DNA of 57,392 nucleotides, filler included, from Platydemus manokwari (Eukaryota): NCBI GenBank assembly GCA_037951405.1. It is 6 parts of 6 records of this genome, joined end to end, with 100 filler letters (N's around TTAATTAATTAA, not from the genome) between each part and the next. Parts side by side here need not be neighbours in the genome. Positions count along the whole stretch, not along the records: positions 46,376 to 57,392 come from JBBMOY010972195.1; 5 more parts are not named here. One strand, 5' to 3'. Shown piece by piece: positions 50,704 to 57,392 of this stretch (position 1 is its first letter; each line of letters starts with the position of its first letter). The notes under the pieces were generated by a model. It saw only the letters and a program-made list of their open reading frames with translations, ran no database searches and was not told where the DNA came from. The position numbers and the translations under genes were made by a program.

Positions 50704-53361
50704 GTAGGAATGCATTTTATAGAAAATTTACAATAAAGATAAAACTATTATTTATAATTTTTTCTTTAATAATACATTATATTCATTATTTATCATCGGT
50801 CTTTTAGTTGGGAATTTTGTTTTCATTCTAAATTTATAATGATAAACAATTACAAGTCGGTAGCAACGATTGAAGTAGCACTTTTGATATTTTATGATTT
50901 TCCTATTCAAATAATTCAATAAAACCATTGATTGATTATGAACACGATTTAGAGACCAATTATCGATTATGTGCAAGAATTTTTATTCAACACTTAAATG
51001 TATTGGCTTTTATATTTTGTTGGTGCCACTTATCGATAAAATAAAATCTCAAAACGGGAGTTCGAATTGATCATTTTGTCTGAAATACATGGGATAATAT
51101 CTAGAATAATTATTGTTACAATTATTGTTATCATTGGGCTTATAATTCAGCTCCAATGAAAAACGCTTACCAAATATGGACGTATTTTTCACAGAGAAAC
51201 TTTGTTCCACGGAAATAAACATTATATGTTCGTCATTTATTGAGTTCAACTCATACGATTAACTCTATTTTTGCCAAACTATAAGTCCCATTTTTACCGA
51301 AAAATATTTTAAAAATAGAATGCAATTCAGATATCCGTGTATATAGAGTAAATGGGAAAATCCTCATTCATCATAGAGTCAATTAGATTGACAGGTACAA
51401 TGTATCCACGTTGAATGTTTCAAAATTTATGATATTAGATAATGATGAATTTCGATCTACATAAATCGATGATTGGATATCGGACTTTAGGTTTCGGAAG
51501 TACTTTTGTCTAGTTTTGTAATCTAACGATAACCAAGTATAAATGACTAAAAAATTGGAAAAACGCTTAAAGATTATTCGCTCTCATTTATATTTATTTC
51601 CATCAATTAGAATGATTTATCATTATCAATTGCATTGTTGTATCAATCATTAATTTGATATTTAGGTTAAAAGAAATCTCTCCGAATCAAACGACTGTTC
51701 CGCTAAACAAAATGAATTTGCTCAAGTTCCTCCTCAAACAATGAAGAATTTTCTGAACCATTTGCGTGAAAGGTAATCTCTATCCGATCGATTATTTTAT
51801 TATTTTCTTTGAGAATTGTTTTATCGGTTGCTTTGGCTACGAACAATAACTTGTTCTGTTGGGATGTACTTGAACATGGCACAATAATAAGTACTTGATA
51901 TCATTCCAATGACACTTGCTTCACTAAATTTATACTCCTGAAAAAGGTTTTCATTTTAAAATAAAATACCGCCCCCAGTTACCGGGATGGCTCATCTATG
52001 ATTGGCTCGATATTTCTTCCAGTTTTCTAGAATAACCAAGAATAATACTCGTTCACTATTTATCTGTTAGTGTCACAGTTATCAGTGGCTTCCAGATAGA
52101 AATATGCGAACATTTCTTTCCAAACATATATTTTCATTTTTGTATATCGTTTTATCGTTAATCGAATTCAAACCACTTCAGCCATCAAAATTGTCAAATG
52201 ATTGCAATTCCACATGTCACAACAACCCCCGATTAATCATTGAGTCACGTGATGTTTAACCATAAAGAAATCCTCGATAATTACGAAATATCATAATGAT
52301 ATTAAATTGAAACCCGTATTTTATGTGAAATTTCTCCCTGAAGCTTTTTAAGTTATTATAAATGTCAAACGAGATTTTACTTACGAATCAGGCTTGTACA
52401 TGATGGATAATGTTTACTCCAATAGATGTGCCACATTCATGTTAAATTATGAAATCATTTATAATTTATTTATATCAATTAATTTATAATTTGTTGGTAA
52501 TGCAAAAATTTTAACCAAAATTCTTTTCAACGATTTCGAATTTTTTATGTAATGGTCTAAGAAGAATTTTAGTTATTTGGGATCCAATTATTAAATAAAA
52601 TTAAGCTTTAAAATTTTTCTAAAATTTGAATTTCGGAAAACCGAATCCAATTATATCAAATTGCAATTTTTGAAACATTAGCCAGGATATCTTCTTTCAA
52701 TTTTAGAAGTAAATGGAGAAATACTCTTGATATTTACAATTAGCTTATAATAATAAGTCATTTCAGATTGTTAAACATGCCAGGAGTCAAATCTAGAGAC
52801 AAAAATTAAAATATGATGTATTACCTAATATTAGATTGAAGATAGCTAAGATCTAATCAATCATTTGTACATGCATCGTATAGACCTATTAAGTACTTCA
52901 TTAGTCCATGAAATCGAGGCACTGCTTTATATCTTCTCTACAGCTTCTTTACGCGTTCTTTATATAATCTCTTTTTATTCTCAAAATCCTCCTCTTCTAT
53001 AAATGTCAGTCATTGATCTTCTCCGAATTGAATCCATATGTGTGGTCGCCATGCAATCCACTATTATTTTACAAAGACCACATTGACAAGAGACTGAAAA
53101 ATCTCGACACCAAATTATCTATTAAAATGCAATTATATAGACCAATTCATATAATTTTAAAAAGTTAGTTCATTTAAAACTTCTCACAACAATGAAATTA
53201 TGACAAAAAGGGCCCTTTTATTTAACTGAAGTCCATTTTGAATCATAAATTTTCTTCATTGATTGCATCTTTTCAGATATGGAGGAGCTGAAGGATATTT
53301 GAAACATTGTGGATTCTCCAATGATGACATTGATAAAATTAAAACCAATTTATCACAATAA
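50176..53361 (+). CDS. Y_phosphatase3 / MptpB-LipA-IphP-like cysteine phosphatase, 3 exons: 50176-50703, 51666-51772, 53277-53361; 239 aa
   Basis: Family motifs NFR, LYRS, GIKSYVDLR..E, P-loop PILISCQAGKDRT, L.G.SDEDIINDY..T and C-terminal MKNFLNHLRERYGGAEGYLKHCG; GT-AG introns with phases 0 and 2 give an open 720-nt CDS. Confidence 0.88.
51666..51772 (+). CDS. Phosphatase exon 2
   Basis: TTTAG|VKRNLSESNDCSAKQNEFAQVPPQTMKNFLNHLRE(R)|GTAATC. Confidence 0.8.
52490..52780 (+). repeat. Older diverged fragment of the 31.6/35.5 kb repeat family in phosphatase intron 2
   Basis: CTAAGAAGAATTTTAG and neighbouring blocks resemble 31650-31890. Confidence 0.45.
53277..53361 (+). CDS. Phosphatase exon 3
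   Basis: TTTCAG|(R)YGGAEGYLKHCGFSNDDIDKIKTNLSQ*. Confidence 0.85.
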
Positions 53362-53919
53362 TCAAATGAATAATTAACAGCTTAAATGAAGCAATTAATT
53401 ATTAAAATTATATTTTGATTAAAAATATATTTGTGGAATAATTTGTAATTGTTTTGACTTTAAACTGTATAATTAAAATAGAATTTGAAAATATTTTTCT
53501 TTGTGATATTGTATTTGTTTACACAGTATTGCTACTGGCAACATAAGGTTTAAAATATTTCCCAGAACTTGGCCTTTGCCCAACACAGAAATAACAGAGC
53601 CATTGAATATTAAATTAGTTGAAGAAATTAAAAACGATATTTGAAGTTCTCACAGAGAATTTCATTTTTCGTTGACTCAAGCAATCAATGTGTTTATCTG
53701 TTAGCATTGTAACAGTATCATGTTAATCAATTAAACCATGTTTCGTTTTAATTGTGTTTTGAATTTATCGAAACTTGTAAAAGTTGTCTTGGTAATAGTG
53801 TAATAGTATTTGAAGTCAATTTGTAATAGGAAGATTGAAAGTTTCTGTCGATTGGTTGACAATGTCTCCTTTTTAAAATTATTTTCTGAGGCATTTAAAT
53901 AATTTCATCCGCAGAGTCA

Positions 53920-54770
53920 GTACAATGACATTGTCTGCATTATAACAAGTCATTATCAGAAAGAACATCTTTTATTGAATTATATAAAGTAACGTAATCT
54001 ATCCTATAATTATCATATACATATTTTTGGATTTTATAAAATAAAATTTTAAATATCAAATTTGAAAGTTTTTATTGTTATAAAAAATATTTTTAAAATG
54101 TTTTGAAAATACAAAATTAATTTTTATTAAAAATATAACAATTATTTTATCGTGATCACAAAATATGTTGGAAATCCATCAATAAGTGCGGCACATGTCA
54201 AGGTAGATGTCCTTTTGATAATCAAATCATTGAATTCAACTTCATTAATCGGGTCAAAGATCCTCATGTGATAAACAATAAATACATGAAAAAACTAGTA
54301 GAATTTAATATTGATTTGGTTTCAAAATTGAGAAAATATCGAATTTATTTTCCAAATTTGTTGGAGACTGTCGATCAAATATTATGTGAAAATAAAACTA
54401 GAAACGTAAAAGTATTTAACTGCAATCATACAGAAGCTATCAAAAAATCCATTGACATTGGATAATAAAAAATTAATATTTAATAGAATCATTGAGGAAA
54501 ATCGATATAGCTGGCTTGATGTGAATGCAAGAAATAAACATGATAATTGTTCGCAGTTGATTTAAAATGAAATATATTTTGTTCTGTGGAGGTTTTGATT
54601 AAATATTGATTGAATATTTATAATAATATTAAAAACAATTATAATTATATTCTCATATGATAATTGTGGTGAGAATTTGAACGTTTTAAACATCACAATT
54701 ACCATTTTAAATTCTAATATTATTATTAATAATTATTATTTTATAATAATTGTTTAACTTATATTGGTGT
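53920..54770 (+). pseudogene. Inverted, doubly deleted copy of the double-RING gene with its flanks
   Basis: 53920-54150 matches revcomp 49833-49610 (upstream region); 54152-54407 matches revcomp about 48551-48296 (second RING onward); 54408-54770 matches revcomp about 47985-47635 (C-terminus and 3' flank). Start codon and first module are missing. Confidence 0.88.
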
Positions 54771-54849
54771 CATTTTAGTTTTTATTATTATATTTTATTA
54801 TTATGATTTAATAATTAGTAGTCATTTTATCAATATTTTATTATCATCT

Positions 54850-56050
54850 AAAAAATCACAAAATGAAGAAAATGAAATCCTGATTGAAGGGTTTTAAAGA
54901 ATAAATAATGTAAGCATGAGATGTAATAAGAAAACATGATGTTATAAGTTAAGTTAGAATAGGTCAAACCTTCCAAAGTGCCCATGGCGGCAATTGAAAA
55001 TCCAAAGTAACGATAAAGAAAAACTAATAAAAGAAAGAAATAGGTAAATGGAACAGTTAATCGAAGGTTCCAATAATAGGCCTTGGAAATTAATCCAATT
55101 GGGATTAGAAGAGGAGAATCGAAGCACAAGACCTCAAACCAGAGGATTTGAAGAGCAAAAAATAATTCCAACCACCAGAAGGTCTAAAAAAATAACAAAT
55201 GAAAGTATAAGAAAGACCCAGCAGGAAAAAGAAACAATAAAAAAATTAGAATAACACGAGAGGCTCAACAAAATAGATAAAACATAAAACAATAAGTTCA
55301 AGGTACGAGAAATACATGAGAAAAGCGGGCTAAGATAATAAAAGAAGTAATAAAAGACCTAGAAAGAAGTGACAATGATGATAGCTTGGAACAAGTGCCA
55401 AGATAGCATAGGATAATAAAAGAATTCGAAAAATAAATAAGCAATGAATTCCCAAAAAAGCAAAATCCAAATATACAAACTATACAAAGAAGTTCAAAGA
55501 CAAAAAAGAGCAAATCAGACATTGCAGGCAATAGTTGGCCGAAATCAACCACCACCCAGTAAAGGTAGAACAATCAAATCAATCATCAACAATATCTGTG
55601 TACCAACCAACGACCGTGAATCAGAAAGACAAAGAGGTGACGCCATCTTTTAAAGAACACCGGAGGAATGTTGGGAAACCATTAATTGGCTAGTGCTCTA
55701 CTCGCATTACCTCTCTTGTATTACCATTGGCTGATGTAGTGAAATAAAGAGCATAACAGCCGAAGAGAAACAACTTCAAACAAAAACAAAGAAAAACACA
55801 TTATTGCTCACATGCACATGCACTCCTCCAAACAGCCCAGGTCAAATATTCTAAAAGGGGACCATACCAATTAAATCAAACTCCAAATAGGAGACATGGA
55901 AAATAGAAAACTGGAGTGTGGATCTGGATGTCTAGAAGTCATTAAGAAATTCTCCCGGTACCGCCCCGACGACCTAATCGACAATCCAAAATATTCATTC
56001 AAAAATATTCATTCGACAATCCAGAGAAATACTCAAACATTGATGACAAT
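54850..56050 (+). mobile_element. Degraded A-rich coding remnant, possibly the pre-RT region of a non-LTR retrotransposon
   Basis: Strong strand bias and fragmented K/R/E-rich ORFs (RPWKL..., YKEVQRQKRANQ) loosely recall R4/Dong-type elements; no catalytic motif seen. Confidence 0.3.
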
Positions 56051-57392
56051 TAACCTCAATTCTTGTGCTTATTTGATATCTAATTATAACTTTTATAATT
56101 GCGCTAATTGGATAATTAATTATAATTTTTATGATATTCGATATCTGATCATTTAATCTGTCTTGATCTGCTTGTTTTTATTAATGACGTAAATTATTTC
56201 AATGAAATATATATTATTATTTATAAATCAAATAATTATAATCAGATCATAAGTAAAGAATAAAAGGGAATTTAATTTAATTTCGAAATAATGCCGGCAA
56301 TTTAATAATTCCGTAAAAGCTCGTACGGAATATTTTCGGAAATCACTTTTCCACTAACGTTTTATGATGTATTTCAAATGAACTATGTGTGCATTTTTGA
56401 ATGAATAGAATTTTAAAATATTTAATTCAGATTTTATATAAAATTATATTATTTGGTTTATATAATTGTATATAAATATATAATTTGGTTTCGTGATTTT
56501 TCAGCTCTTTTTCAATGCACGCTACATAAAGTCATAGTAACTTACAAACGAAAAAGTTAAAAATATCGACATTATATTAAGAAAACACTTTAAATCCGTG
56601 CTGGGAATATATTTGAGTGGAAATAATTCACACACAACGCTGACAAATTTGCCAGCTCACGTGGGTTCTTTAAAAAAATTTGTCGAAAAATACCGTTAAT
56701 TTTATTCGTCTAAAATTATAATCGAAATCAAATTAATATAAATTACAAATAAATCATTTAATCCAATTTACTCGAATTGAAAAAATAGCGACACGATAAA
56801 ATCGAGAATTTGGACAAAAATAATTACACGTGAAAACATGAAAAAAAAGCTTGAATCAATCTGAGTATGATTTTCTAATGAACTATTAATGGCGTCCAGT
56901 AATATATTTTCATTGATAATTAAATTTGGATTTTTGGAGACGTGTTAATTCTGTTCTTAATTAATATTATCATTAAATAGATATTTAAAAATCTTCTTGA
57001 TCGAGTTCCGAATTGCGAATGATAAACAGCATATCTGTTGTTTAAAAGCGATCAACTGATTTTTAGGAAGAAAACTCATTAAATATTTAAATATTGGAAA
57101 ATGCTCACTTACTGATTTTATAAGCATTATGATTGTAGTGAATAGATAGATAGGCTTAGTAATCCTGACCAATCATGAGGATCGGAATGGGAATATCTAG
57201 TTCTATCATTCATCCACTGATTGATTCAAACTCGCAGTTTATCGACCCTAGCATACTCTAAATTGATTCCCGATCTTATACACATGCCATTCTTAAATTG
57301 AAGCATATGAAAAATACATTTCAAATGCTTCATTTGGAGACACGTGATAACATGCAGTGTGCATTGATTTGATTCAGAATCATATATATATA

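Overview
Very AT-rich eukaryotic DNA with short spliceosomal introns; it looks like a flatworm (triclad planarian) genome, which is my inference and not a database result. The window is six contigs joined by five 100-bp spacers (44 N + TTAATTAATTAA + 44 N), so adjacency across spacers is uncertain. Intact genes: a 6-exon pumilio (PUF) gene (minus, 14982-9381, 926 aa), an intronless orphan rhodopsin-class GPCR (23218-24117), an intronless protein with two tandem RING(C3HC3D)+helical modules (49407-47866), and a 3-exon MptpB/LipA/IphP-like (Y_phosphatase3) phosphatase (50176-53361). The RING and phosphatase genes sit head-to-head, flanked by the last exon of a second phosphatase paralog (46387-46522) and an inverted, deleted RING pseudogene (53920-54770). 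This microbial-type phosphatase plus E3-ligase cluster is the most unusual thing in the window. The rest is mostly transposon debris: mariner and Tc1-like (DUF4817) remnants, an RT-deleted NeSL-like non-LTR element with Ulp1 protease and REL endonuclease remnants, Ty3/gypsy remnants and LTRs, a MITE-like repeat, and an unidentified decayed long-ORF element at about 36.9-41.3 kb.
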